Assembly: GCA_021613535.1 (NCBI GenBank)
Contig: CP075492.1
Location: 14,570,001 to 14,634,000 of the forward strand
Direction: 5' to 3'
From: Adineta vaga
Lineage: Eukaryota > Animalia > Rotifera
Length of the DNA stretch: 64,000 bases
The stretch's first letter is position 1; the number at the start of each line of letters is the position of its first letter. The translations under genes were made by a program, and so were the position numbers. A model generated the notes under the pieces. The model was not told where the DNA came from. It did no database searches and saw only the letters and a list, made by a program, of their open reading frames with translations. Shown one piece after another: positions 10,801-23,115 of the stretch.

Positions 10801-12347
10801 ATCGCGAGGTCGAATTGGTTTCGTTTCAATGCTATCCATGCTTGACCTGTGAGACATGTTGCCATATATTCATGGGAGAAAATCTGATAGAATGAATCGG
10901 CTTTTGAACGTGAAGAATGCATGGCTAGAGAACGATCGATAAGTAAATTTCCAATACGAATAATTTTTCCTTCGATTGTTTTCGTTGATTTTAATATTTG
11001 ATAATCTTTCATTGTCGGTATAGTTGAATCATTCTCATTGATCAATGTTAATGTTACAAGAGTTACAACCGTTTTCAACCCATTTTCAATTTTGATTTCA
11101 TAATTTTCATATATTCCATCGACGCGTAAGAATGAACCAACCATGCATAGAACTTCACATTCATCTTTAAATTTTGATTCTCCTTTATCTAACAGATAAC
11201 CTATGTCAGCAAATGGTTTTTGTTTTACTGATAGTTTATGATTGTATTGAATATCTATTTGAAAGATGACAGATGTCTTATTTTGATTGATAATTGGAGT
11301 TTTTTCTTTTGCATCCATTGCTCCAGCATACATCAATGCTACTTCTAATGTTAGGGTTGTTGAAAATAAAGTATTTATCGAGAGAATCGTGTTCAATGTT
11401 AAATTTGTCTTCATATGAATAAAGTCACTGTTATCTAATATGAGACCACGATAGACAGTAACCTGTGAATTATCGATATATATACCATATTCAATGTATT
11501 CCTGATGAATTTGATTTAATTGCTTCTGTAAATCCACAATATAGAAACGAATTGTTAGAATTCCTTGAATGTTTTGTTGACGCATAATTTTATTTAATAG
11601 ACGATAAACAAACGAATCGCGTTTAAACCATTGAATAGCTGATTCTGCTTCATAAGTATTTTCAAATTCATCGATATCATTCAATACAGTTTCATTAGCT
11701 CGATAATATATTCGACATTGTTCGATAAATCTTCGTTTTTCTTGTTCATAATCTTCTGAAGGTAAATCAAGTAATAAATCGATAAACAATGGACTCCAAA
11801 AATCAATAAAATAAGCAAATTTATTCAAACCATCAAATGATCGATCTTGTTCATATTGCTTTTTGAAAATTGTCATTGGTAATTGTGCATAGTAAATGCA
11901 ATTATAAACTTCCGAACATAGGTCATTGATTAATCGATGTAAATCTGTATAGATATTCACTATCTTTGAATAGTCATTCAATTGTTCTTCTGAAAAGTCT
12001 TGGAAAATATAAATCGAATGTAATACATGAAGATCATGAATATTTTGTAGAACATTTTGAGCATGTTTCTTTGGAAGAATGAGAAAGATTTTTTGATTTT
12101 CAGATGCAGAAGAAACGTATGTTTCACATTGTACTGGTGAATTATTATATTTTTGTAAAAAATCAGCACTATTCTCAATTTCAGATTCGATTGAATCCAG
12201 ATTTACATTGGCAATTGGGAAATCTTTTAGTAACCAAACGACGATGAATTTTTTGCTAAGATTTAAATAACTTGATGAACTCTCATCAACGGATTGTTGA
12301 TTAGTGAAGACATTTGTTTCGATAGAACACGGTGCAGTTTGCTCCAT
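7809..12347 (-). CDS. Giant single-exon receiver-like + ART + extended TPR/helical-repeat protein (1512 aa)
   Basis: FIVVWL...SIYIF N-domain; TVYRG, LFSTT, ECEVL ART motifs; ~1000 aa of TPR-like helical repeats. Confidence 0.85.
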   Translation of the reverse strand: MEQTAPCSIETNVFTNQQSVDESSSSYLNLSKKFIVVWLLKDFPIANVNLDSIESEIENSADFLQKYNNSPVQCETYVSSASENQKIFLILPKKHAQNVLQNIHDLHVLHSIYIFQDFSEEQLNDYSKIVNIYTDLHRLINDLCSEVYNCIYYAQLPMTIFKKQYEQDRSFDGLNKFAYFIDFWSPLFIDLLLDLPSEDYEQEKRRFIEQCRIYYRANETVLNDIDEFENTYEAESAIQWFKRDSFVYRLLNKIMRQQNIQGILTIRFYIVDLQKQLNQIHQEYIEYGIYIDNSQVTVYRGLILDNSDFIHMKTNLTLNTILSINTLFSTTLTLEVALMYAGAMDAKEKTPIINQNKTSVIFQIDIQYNHKLSVKQKPFADIGYLLDKGESKFKDECEVLCMVGSFLRVDGIYENYEIKIENGLKTVVTLVTLTLINENDSTIPTMKDYQILKSTKTIEGKIIRIGNLLIDRSLAMHSSRSKADSFYQIFSHEYMATCLTGQAWIALKRNQFDLAIKLAFEALLKGNHSNDEWKITTLNCLGGVYYKQKLYFEALKYYQQAYDISKLTDEKIAKNTYHGPCIAIDKFAMYDNYRNISSINIARIYQERGENQCAWNMYKESVDCEMRDTTDFHCHTCMTIAESGTHVINPTAEEHNRIWKNWKQFLDLGLDDIIKYRTSIITGYLSFNYQYDFLSRRYDNESCRFIAIDYFQKVEKQCSSYVSNYQYYLYTLQCYERLAILYRYSNNQSLDYYEKIIRLCCKYHLEDLQNLTIGYQGMLKCYQQQRTDRSEPISELLCTDSNEIETKSVEISDTFFQYLKPLHFALEFYDKQFDTRVKTENDLRKKMVYCQLKLAALYYDQKKIEEAKFALSESISLCQQIGFEKLNISQICNENLFFIEKKFHLIIQSYLNRLYNYVGYCNDENIYCYIAHLYKKTNDLESTLTYLREPLENFEQYNYICSHTLYCYTKLAEFYQIEHKDMNSTVKTYERAVTLYKIHRSNQMKTMISIVQEHLIDHFKQTDDFKILIQIYQTLCTIMSDDTTDIFILYTQMKRIWKLLIRKYDAYESIIHSYDAFLNLILQILNPLTSQMTMVIDHYRPNFIQVCIRTKHLHIAIQIYQKLIELLFKYSTDMMKIADVYQIIAGEFLQKKLFYECIEVYEHLFIFLCHHPTTGHYIENDKIDFMFHIWKHRIISEYLIEEKYDLGINLYYKMIHILIDYRQNIHSTSDQDEFVSKIFKIYDEISSIYQLKKNFDQAIFVYQEQIAFMIKYQLENIQTQINTIITKCQQFAIDNPNETIEIYSQLIHFIENNRLDYLSHLSTAYNELADLESMNIITDMNSSESSDLNQQVSDYKQKARNYMSRNQFDKAKNVYRQELLPFLLENYARDDEQIGECHLRIASFIYANNRNQALKSYQEVIDIYEEKRDVFYTDYAFELNVNVCRRYAGTLFLCYNCLSTIYMIENKQNSARTTKQKAMNIYEKYQNQFQFAADPLTDRILIERLPFLELNY

Positions 12348-12962
12348 TTTTAAAAGGACAAGAAAGCAACCTTATCATTCATCTATTCGCGTAAAAACTC
12401 TTTCTTTCTCTCCCCGATATGTAAAAGGAAGTAACAGAACAAGCTTTTTGTGTTCTCTAAGTTGGAAATTTATTTATTTTATTCTGTGCTACACAAATGC
12501 AAACAGAACATTCGTTCACAATATTGCAGTTTTTATTTATCGATGTGAGCTGTTAACAATACGGAAAAAACCAACGTATTGAAAATGTTTTAATCAAAAA
12601 GTGTCATTGATTTTACACTATTTCTTTTAGAAAAAAGAAAGATGTATATAACGTGTTTGTGATTACAAACTATTCTTTCTTTTCGGTGAAATAGCGAGTG
12701 TAAATCGACAAGCAAGTGAAGATTTCTATACGGCCAATAACGAAAAGAATTTCGTGGATAACAATCGCTATTAAATTAAAGCAATATTTATTCGAGAACA
12801 ACGACAGAAAAAGAAATAAAATAAAAAAGATAATGGTTGCTTGCGTCTTGTTTCGTAGTAAAAATGCAATAAAACTTGATCGTTTGGACTGTAAAACTTC
12901 ATTTTTCTTTAATCTAAATGTGAAGACTGATATTCATATATCTTTTATATGCAGATAACGAA

Positions 12963-12984
12963 AGAGAGAGAGAGAGAGAGAGAG
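12963..12984. repeat. (GA)n microsatellite upstream of the 13072 gene
   Basis: agagagagagagagagagagag. Confidence 0.8.
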
Positions 12985-13071
12985 CGTAGCATTCTATATG
13001 AACTGTCGTTCTTGCCATCGAGCTTATATTTTATTTAAACTTCAAAGTTTTTCTTGTTAGATTATTGAAAC

Positions 13072-16000
13072 ATGTCAAAGTGCTGGTCCTGCAACGCTCA
13101 ATTTAAAACAGTTGATGAAAAAGTAAAAGGTGATAATGGTTTAACATTCCATCGTACTTGTCTTAAAAAAATTCTCGAAATTAAACCAGAGATGAATGAT
13201 CAAGTATGTATGTATGAAACAAATTCTTTCGTTATTGTTGCTGTTTTCCCAGATTATCTAAAGAAAAGACGAGCGCAAAAAGAGTTTGATTGGATATAGG
13301 AGTTGCTGCGTGTGAAATGAATGCACACATCTTTCATATTCTTTTTTGATTGTTACTAGGAAGCGAGTATAGACTATTTACAGACAGCTGGGGAAAAAGG
13401 GAACTCATTCGTGCCTTCATCGTATACAAAACAAACGAATGAGGAGCAATGGGAATGCAAAGATTGCAGTACGAGAAATTCGCAATCAGAAAAACGGTGT
13501 CAATCATGTGCTAAACCACGATTTACTCGTCATTCATCGTTCATGAATCCATCGTATGCATCGTTCTTCGAAGAACCATCGGGTTACTCTCCACCGTTAA
13601 AATCGTGCAAAAACTCTGACGATGACACTCATATAAAACCAGTGAAAAAATGTAAATATTTGCAGCGAACATCTTGAAAATGAGAATGAACCAGTTTCTA
13701 CACATACCTTGATAACATCACTTTATGAAAGACTCACTCTTGTTTTTATATATTTACGCATAAAGGTAAAGGAGAACGTTACAATAATGGTAAACATTCG
13801 TACGGTAAAATTGATGAGGAAGACAACGAATCCAAAGATAATTCCTATGGTGACCCGCGTTCATTTCCGCGTCACAGAAGTCCATCACCATCTGTGCAAC
13901 CAAAATGGAAAGATTCTCAAGCTTCTTCTTCTTCGTCGTTGATTTCAAAAAATACAGACTTAATCTATATACCTGATTTACCATCCGATATAACAAATAA
14001 TTATGATTTGGAACAACTAATTTCTCGTCGAATAGAAGATCTTCTTCAAATCAAACTGAGAGGATTAAAATGTTATTCAAAATTAGGTATTGGCGTTATT
14101 CACATCACCGACAATAAACTTAAAGATCGTTTGTTGAACAAAGTTGGTAGACTTGCCTTAGATCCAAAAGATGGGAAGTATAATATTACATTTGTTGACT
14201 CAGTTGATCTTATTTCGTACGTTATTCTCGAAATAAATAAAGATTTTCAGAACGATGAATTGCCAAGCACTACGGAAGTTTCTCGTCGTTGGGTCGATAT
14301 GCACAAAGGAGAGACACCATTATCATGCGATGTACTCAATGTACAATTTCCAAATATATATCGTATTGCACCTGGTAGTTTAGATGAACTTGTTAATACA
14401 TCGTACAATGGAGTTTTTCGAATCAAAGATTTCCTCGGTTGTATTTATTATTGTGCTGATTGTAGTTTTTTCGAGGATTTATCTCGTTAAATTACAAAAC
14501 GCAATTTACAAGATGCTATTGCGCTTGCTATCGGACAAACAGATCTTCCATCAACTGCACTCTACGTTCAAATTCATAAAGAATCCGCTACTGCTTGTGT
14601 TATTTCAGCTAATATGGCAAGATTATGGTCAACAAAAAGTTTCATTACTATCGATAAGAATACATTGCAAAAGAGAATCAAACTTGCCTGTCGATTAATT
14701 GTGCATCCAATTCCTAAAGCATTTTCCATTCAAAGTATTATTAAACATAAAGAATTCCGAAATACAGTTACATATCATAAGCTCACTGGTGATCATCTCA
14801 TTTTGGAATTATCAGATAGGTCTGTATTTGACCAATTTTTAGAACATGGAGCACTTCGTCTCGATGATGATCATATCGCACATATGAATCTTTGCAATAC
14901 TTTAAATAATCCAGATGGAGGTGAAATCGATGATGATACATGGTATGAAACAGAAATGTTACAGATCAAACCTGATATTATGTATTTCGTAGCTAATCCT
15001 CAAAATAAAATCTTTCGTCTTCGTTGGAATTCGCATATTTGGAACGAAGAATTTAAGCGTGTAGCAACACAAAAACGTGATTCGGCTCATAGTAGTTCAC
15101 AGGACCATAAAAACCCAACATCGGATCAAATGCGTCATTTACTTCGTGTTACCGTCATGTTGAATACACTAGCTGTAATACAAGAACGAACTTTTATGAT
15201 TGACGAGCGTGAAATACAATTAAACTTGAAAAATGAATTAAAGACTGTCGTTTATGATCATGAATCAACACTTGAACGAAGAGAAAAATTAGCATTAACA
15301 AAAACACTCTATTCTCGAACAACGATCCGTGTTGTGCGTGGCGATTGTCTCATTGAATATGAACGAATGGTAAAGATGGGCAAACGACCTGTCCTGCTTA
15401 ATACGGCAAGTGCTACGAATCCTGGTGGTGGTTTCCGTAAAGGTGATGGAGCCCAAGAAGAAAATATTTTTCGTCGATCTGATTATTGTCGTAGTCTTGA
15501 TATTGGTCTCGATGAATTCCTTAAGGAGCGTGCTGATCGTTTACATTGCTCGTCTGATTGTCGTTTAGATCGTATATCTGATCCAAGTAATATGTATCCT
15601 ATGGATGAATTCGGTGCAATTTATACTACAGGTATTACCGTTTTCCGTCAACCCGAAGAAATGGGCTATGCTTTTATGGAAAAACCATTAGAAAATGTTT
15701 GTGCAATTGCAATGGCAGCTTATCGTGATCCTGAATTGAAAGGAACTTTATTAGCACCAAAATATGCCGTAGGAACAAGAAAAAAAATTGAAAATATTTT
15801 TGCTATTGCTCATCAACGTAAACATGATTGTTTAATTTTATCAGCACTTGGTTGTGGAGCATTTAAAAATCCGCCGGAACATGTTGCCAAACTTTTCTAT
15901 TCAGTTATCGAACAATATGCTGGCTTTTTCGACATGATTGTATTTGCTATTATTGATGATCATAATGCTGGTCGACTTCTTAATCCGGAAGGAAATTTTC

Positions 16001-19000
16001 AACCTTTTGCTAATATCTTAGACAATCGAACTGTAGAACCGACACTATCGATGAACAAAGCAAATACAATTATTGGTCCTTATCGATTATTAAGCGATGG
16101 TTTAACCGTTAGTAATGTAACAATATTTGATCAAACGCCTTGCTTCTATGGTGCGAAATGTACGGAAATGTATAATGTCAGTCATAGTAATCAATTTTCA
16201 CATCCACCTCTTTGTATTCAAGCCGCTATTGATGGAAAATGTAGAAAAATAGATGACATCGTGCATACAACTTCATTCATACATCGAAATCAATGCCGAG
16301 AGGGTGGTCTATGTCGACAAGTAAATGATGAAAATCATAATCGAGAATTTGAACATCCAGACTACTGTCCAGACGAAGGACGTTGCCAAAATGAGAAAGA
16401 CGACCATTTAAAACAATATCGCCACTTACCTCTTTGTGAAAAAGCACATAAATGTATGGAATATCAGAAGGAAGTCGTCAGTCATTGTAATAGATTTCGT
16501 TATTGTGCTCCACGTTGTCCCCACGGTGGTCTTTGTGTGATGTTTCATGACAAGAATCATTTATAAGAATTTCTACATCCGTTTGCTACTCCTTGTCCTC
16601 GAACACCTTTTGATTGTCCTTGTTACATCCAGTTATCAGGAGCAAAAGACATTCGGAGTATCGCGCAAATCACTCAAAGTCATTGTATAAAATACGCTCA
16701 TATATGCAAAAATGGTCGCAACTGTACGGATAATACACCCTTACATTTATCGAAAACTATTCATATTGCTCGTCAAGTATGTCCATACTTAGATAAATGC
16801 AAACAACTTGATGATGAAGAACATTTAAATTCATTTTCACATCCAAATGTTTCTGACATTCGACCAGCGTGTCGATATAATGATAAATGTCATGATCTTC
16901 ATAAATTTGATCACAAAGTTAGTCTTCGTCATCCATCAACTAGTGACAATGGTGTCGTACAATATTATGGTTCCAATGAGAAAACGGATTTTGTACAAAA
17001 TCAAAAAGATAATATTGCTTGTGTTCAGAAATATATCATCGACAATAAATGGACATTTCTATCACTAAAATCTATTCCGCGAGAAATTCTTAATTGGGTA
17101 CGTACTGTTCAACCTATTCATCGATGTAGTCCAATTATATTCGAATCTATACTTTTACATGGACATGTCATGAGTCGTGAATATATGGAACATTTAAAAG
17201 ATCCAATATTTGTTGCTAATTCCATTCTACATCATCCTCGAATACGACGAATCGAAGAACTCAATGCAAAAGCATGTGAAGATGACGCTAAACTATTTGT
17301 AACCGCACTGGTCGGGCTTGAATTTGAGAAGAATGGTTTTACAAAAGCAACTGTCGTACCACCAGCTGTATTGGGAGTTGAAGCAGGCAAAGATGCTACT
17401 TCCTATTCTGCAAAAGAAATCTACGAACATATTATGAAGAGAAAGGAAAATAGACTAACCAAAATGATGTCTGACAACCATCTAACTATTATACGAACGA
17501 AAGCTATTGAAATTGCACAATCGTCAATTAAACTTCATTCACATCCAGCTGGTATTGGTCATCTACCCGATAAAGCTCTAGGTAATGATAAACTTGTATT
17601 CAGTATTTTAGGACCACATTTAGGTCATTATTATGGTGATATAATTATTGTTTTTAAACGAGAAATTTTACATCATCCCGACGCAAATTATTCCATTCAA
17701 GCAGCAACGTCATTTGCTAGTGGAAATGCTTATAAATGGCGACCATGGTTAGGTACTGATTCTTGTGATCTTACTGAACGAATAAAGCATTATCATAGAA
17801 CAAAATTGCATGCATCTGTGCCAGGTTATGACTATGCTACTGCTTTAGAATTAATAGCACTTACCAATCTTCGTAAAAAAAGCACTTCAATGGATGTTAC
17901 TCTTCAAGAAATTTTGGATCAATGGGTCAGAACAGATTCACATCATAATATTGAAGCACATCTCCCACAATTAATTCCATTCGATTATATTGATCATATT
18001 TTTATACCAAAAAATCTTTTTGATGCACTTAGTGAAAACACACTCAAAACTATGGATGCTCTTTTTAAACATTGTACAACTCCTGTATCACATGATGGCA
18101 ATGCGAATCATGAGAAAGCACCATTCGGACCCACACCTACTACGAAATCACGAGAAGAGTATCAAAATGTCGTAGTGAAAGTATTACGTGATCGGTATAC
18201 GAATCATATCACTCGTTCGTTATTAAAGCCTATTCAAGGTGTAGTTATTACAATACCATCATCAAATTTTGATGATCATTATGTTTTACCTTTGACTATT
18301 CCCCAAGCATATGTACAAGATCGTATTGATAACCATCGTACACAAAAAGATAACATCGTTTGTATCTATTGGAAAGCTATGCATGGAGATATGATGTTAA
18401 CTTTATCCAATGAAGAAATTAGTTCGAGTGAAAGTCAACCAAATCTTCGTTGTTTAATCTGTTATATTGGTCCAAAACCTGCTATAAGTGATGATGATTA
18501 TCATGAGCATACTTCCTACTTAGCTGCTGCACATCCATTTCAACATGAAATGATTCTTAATAAAAAATCTTATAAAGCTAAATCGAATACATTCTATCTT
18601 GGATGTAATAGTAGTGATTTTATGACGTTTTGTTTACGAATTAATCGTTCAACAGCAAAAGTTATACTATCGCATGCTGGTCCTAATGGTATCTATAATC
18701 ATGAAGAAATATCTTGTACATTTGGTAAATCTGAACTTGATTTAACTAAAATGGAATTTATTCATGTTAGTGCTGGAATACATGCAGTACCTATTCGTAA
18801 TTTAATTATCTGTTTCGAAAAACAATCGAATATGCATCCAACATTTGATAAAGATTACAAGAGAGATACTTCTAATGTAACGGAAAAGGAATCTAATAAA
18901 ATTGATGATAATCCATCGAAAAAACCAGGATTTTTAGGAAAAATAGGAAATCTTATTTGGGGAAATAATGATACATCAATAAGAGCTTGTCCTGACAATG

Positions 19001-19499
19001 TCAATTGTTTAAAACAATATTCCAATGAAGCTAAAGAACATAATACTAAATTTTCGCATCCATGTCCTTATTCGGAACGATGTCGTGATAAAGATTCACA
19101 TCCTACGTATATTCATGAATTACATGACGTTTCTAAATGTCGAGATGATGAAGCATGCAATCAATTAGATGATCCTTTACATCGAGCATCCTATCGACAT
19201 ACAGGTCGACCTGATTTTCTTATAACATGTCGTCGACAAAAAGAATGTACAGATACGTCGTCTTATCATCGAAAAAAATATTCCCATGGAGAAGAAGTCT
19301 TCGAAATATTATTAACCACAATATCAAAAAGTATAGATAAACGTTCACTTTTTTTTCTTGAAAAACATTTTGATCTATGAGTTTTCTACTTTTTTTTCTA
19401 GTACCACTTAAACATGATGAACGAATACTATGTAAATGGGGACTTAATTGTTATAATAATGACGCTGATCATCGTGCCAGATTTTCCCATCCGAAATAA
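13072..19499 (+). pseudogene. Multidomain protein: Zn fingers + RRM-like region + bacterial-type PARG macrodomain (DUF2263/TIGR02452-like) + PBZ-like finger array + DarT-like ART domain + PBZ array; two in-frame TAA
   Basis: Exons 13072-13203, 13360-13651, 13766-19330, 19402-19499, all GT-AG and phase-compatible. ORFs 13894, 14614 and 17170 share one frame, broken only by TAA at 14488-14490 and 16564-16566. Motifs: RanBP2 finger WECKDC..N...RCQSC; PARG signature GGGFRKGDGAQEE and LSALGCGAFKNPP; repeated C-x5-C-x6/9-H-x5-H fingers. Confidence 0.8.
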
Positions 19500-20387
19500 T
19501 AACAATTTACACATTTTAATGATGATTTATAAACTTTTTTTCTTTTTCATTTATAAAATTTATTGGACTAAAAACTTGTTTTTTTCCACAGAAAGTTGCA
19601 GTCATGTATTTCTAGACAAACTGTAACGATGCAAAATGCTGATTATTTTTAGATATAATCATTTCTTTTTTTTTCTATCCAGAAGTTAGTAGCATATACA
19701 AAGTTTACTTGATAATCATTTTTTAATTTGTGATAATTTAATTCGATTCCAATTCACTTGAGAAAGTCTTTTTTTGTGTTGGAAAATGGTCTGGTTCAGT
19801 TTTCTGATGTGTCCATTACTCTGCAGTAGATCGACTTGGTTCTGACAAAATAAAAGTTCCAGCACCATAACAACATCGTTACAGCTTTGCCATTGTTTAT
19901 TCCACCGTAGACAGTCATATTCTCTACAACATACTGACTTATTTCCCAAATTCCCAGAAGACATCCCGTCAATGTTTATTCCATGATGTATGCACAGATA
20001 AACTGGGTAAATGAGAAAACTATATTCAACAAGATCACATACACAAATCTTCTATGAATTGAAACGAAGTATATTTTGTTATGCATTCGAAAAGAATTGA
20101 ATTTTGAGTTAAAATCTGTTGTTGATAATTGTTGTCGTTGCACACCAATGAAAGCATCGTGTGTTTTTTGTTGCCTCTCGGCAATGTTTTACTTTTATTG
20201 CGTATGATTCTTTTCGACGCGTTGAATACTTAAAAAGACAAACATAGAAGTAGAACAAAAAAAAACTTCGTCATCTTTTGTAAAGAACGAATTATTCTAA
20301 CAAATTTATTCTTATTCATGACAAAAACACAATACTATCTATTAATTTAATTGTATGATTATTAGAAGATAAATTTGATATTATATC

Positions 20388-21368
20388 ATGCAAATCGTCA
20401 ATATTATGGTAATGTTTATATTATTGGTAATATTCGTAGGATTCTTTATAGTTTATAGTAATCGTACAATTATAGAACTATCAACGAAAAATATCAAATC
20501 AACTTCAGTTACTATTATTCTTTATAATCGTGTACCAAAATGTGGTAGTACATTACTGATGAATATTTTCGATTCTTTATCGAAACAGACAAATGCATTT
20601 AAATTTCTTTCTGTATTTCCATATACTAAGTTCCATCGATTATCTGTTGAAGACCAATACAATTTAACAACAGATCTTCTTCAACAAGCATATGATGTTC
20701 ATCCTCAGTCAATTGTTTATGAACGACATTTCCATTTTATTCCTTTCATATCAACATCGAGTCATAGATTTTATTATATTAATCAATATCGTGATCCACT
20801 TGAACGTATTCTATCTGGTTATGATTATCGTCGTTATGCATGTGTTGTAATACGCAGTCCTAATCCGTGTAAATTGATAATTCCATCTGCACGAAATTTG
20901 ACTATGGATGAATGTGTAGCCACAGGTGATCCATCTCGATGTATTACAAATTCGTACGGAGTTCGTCCGGCAATTCCATATTTTTGTGGTCATTCATCGA
21001 TATGTGATGATACCATTAGAAATCCACTAAGTAAAGCGGCTGTTGCACTTTCAAAAGCCAATATCGAACGATATTTTATTCATATTGGTCTTATTGATTA
21101 TCTTGAAAATTCATTGGAATTGCTTGAATCTATTGAACCAACTATATTCGCTGGTCTTGTCGATACCTATATGAACAATTTTAAACGTCTTACAGTGAAT
21201 AAAGTACCTCGACAATATCGCTATGGTATAAGTAATGAAACACGTAAAACTCTTCTTCAATTACTTGGACCGGAGTATGAATTATACAATTTCATTCGTA
21301 AGCGTTTTTTTGATCATTATACTCGTGTATTTCATCGATTACCTATGAAAGCGCGTGAAATTGAATAA
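20388..21368 (+). CDS. Heparan sulfate / uronyl 2-O-sulfotransferase-like type II membrane protein
   Basis: N-terminal TM helix; 5'-PSB motif YNRVPKCGST; 3'-PB motif RDPLERILSGY; YFCG and EYELYNF motifs. Confidence 0.9.
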   Translation: MQIVNIMVMFILLVIFVGFFIVYSNRTIIELSTKNIKSTSVTIILYNRVPKCGSTLLMNIFDSLSKQTNAFKFLSVFPYTKFHRLSVEDQYNLTTDLLQQAYDVHPQSIVYERHFHFIPFISTSSHRFYYINQYRDPLERILSGYDYRRYACVVIRSPNPCKLIIPSARNLTMDECVATGDPSRCITNSYGVRPAIPYFCGHSSICDDTIRNPLSKAAVALSKANIERYFIHIGLIDYLENSLELLESIEPTIFAGLVDTYMNNFKRLTVNKVPRQYRYGISNETRKTLLQLLGPEYELYNFIRKRFFDHYTRVFHRLPMKAREIE

Positions 21369-23115
21369 AGTGATTCTCAAATAAATCTTAATATCGAAGA
21401 ATTAACATAAAACATAACTGTTCACTTATCTACAATGAAGCGTTGACTTAGACAAATGCTTGGTTTTAGTTTATTCGAATCACTTGAAATGCCACCTACT
21501 TATAACACTGTCTACACTTCTTCTTAAACGGGGAAAACCGACTTGCTACGTTGCTTCATCATAAATCGGTGGAGAACCAATATCTTGACGTGTTTGTTGT
21601 TCTAATATTAGTAATCGGTATATATTCCTCGATTTGATTATCAGTTTCATTACAGTAGTGTAGACAGCAGAAAAACTTTGAACAAACCTATTACAATGTG
21701 GATATAGAGATTGATAACCACTATTGCTGAACTTTCAGAAACTGAAAACCATATACTTGTTGATATAGTTTTTCCATCATTATCGTAAAGTATTACATTA
21801 AACACTGCTGAATAATATATGTAGGAACAGTAATTTTATTCACTCAATCGATGTTAATTTATTTCATAAGATTCACCTGCAAACATCATATATACTCTTT
21901 GCCTTTTATATTTATAATTATAGTACGCAACATCAGTAAGGACGATTAATAAAAAAATCTGTAGAACAAATCGACAGCTATCGGTAACTATAGGTATATA
22001 CATACACATTCTTTTTTTTGCTTCGCACTTGTAGACTACCAATGAGAAATTGAGATGAATGGAAGAATTGTTTGAAGAAGTTTTTCTTTGCCGATTGATA
22101 GATATTCAATTGATATGACACGAATAGCACCGAATGTATCGATTTTGCTCTATGGATCATCGTCATTAATTTATCCGGTATCGACGTCGGTTTTACCTCT
22201 CTTGCTTTTAATCAATATGTATCTTCTTTGGTTAACATTTTCTTCTATTTTAAAAAGTACTCAAACGTATTATCATATTAATGAAAGTACAGTCAATCTT
22301 GTTCTCAATTGGGTACCGATTATTTTTACAATGTTAATTGGTTGTTTTCTTTCTGTGCGTTATGGTTTAATTTTTCTGTTCGAGCAATATTTTACGATGA
22401 ACCAATGTTGAAACCAACTATTACAACGATTGCATTTTCAATTACATTTACCGGTCTAATTTCAAGGTTCAGCATGCGGTGCCTGTTCAGTTGAATAATA
22501 TCAATGCATTATTGATACTCTTATTTATACTATCAAGTTTATATAAACTATTGAATTGTTTAGTTTTTGTTTCTAATGATACTTGTACTGTGTTAATGAC
22601 TTATGTAAATATTGATGAAAGAAAAAGAATAAAATCATCGAATTTGTGTTTTTTTATACAAAATAATCATATAGTTTATCATGTACCTCTTTTTTTTGCA
22701 ATACTTACTTGAGTCATAGTCGTTCATATTTAAAGAACGACGTAAATGTGATTTATGAGATTTCGTGATGATACGGTAAGTAAAAACAAAACAAAACAAA
22801 GTCGGAAAATACACGCGGTAGGAAGTAGACAGTGCAATTAGGTACAGCTCGGAAGATCAACTCAAGTACACAAAAGAATAATGTAAAACGAGAGAGAAGA
22901 ACGATTGTACAGGTAAAAACGAAGATGATATATAAATGGGTAACGCTGATTGTTGCATTTAGTTATAGAAGAAAGAGCAAGTAAAGTGAAGACACGACAA
23001 ATTAAGTATGTACCTATTCATATCGCTTTTTGAGAACATCTCTAAGGTCAATCTCGATGTATACAAACGATACATGTCTAATTTAGATTTTTGGATCAAT
23101 AACTGAATTTACAAT

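Noticed and set aside
9383-12178. Numerous short ORFs overlapping long genes (also at 4557, 5059, 34358, 51012, 55155 and elsewhere)
   Set aside because: Shadow ORFs on opposite strands or frames of well-supported CDSs.
14488-16566. Alternative genetic code (TAA = Gln) to explain the in-frame stops
   Set aside because: TAA is the normal terminator of many genes in the window, and the other long ORFs have no internal TAA.
19716-20230. Minus-strand Cys-containing ORF and upstream coding-like fragments
   Set aside because: Interrupted by stops, no recognisable family and no consistent exon structure.
21400-22494. Fragments with PPxY-like ends and hydrophobic ORFs (22088-22494)
   Set aside because: Could be degraded membrane-protein genes, but I could not build a consistent reading frame.
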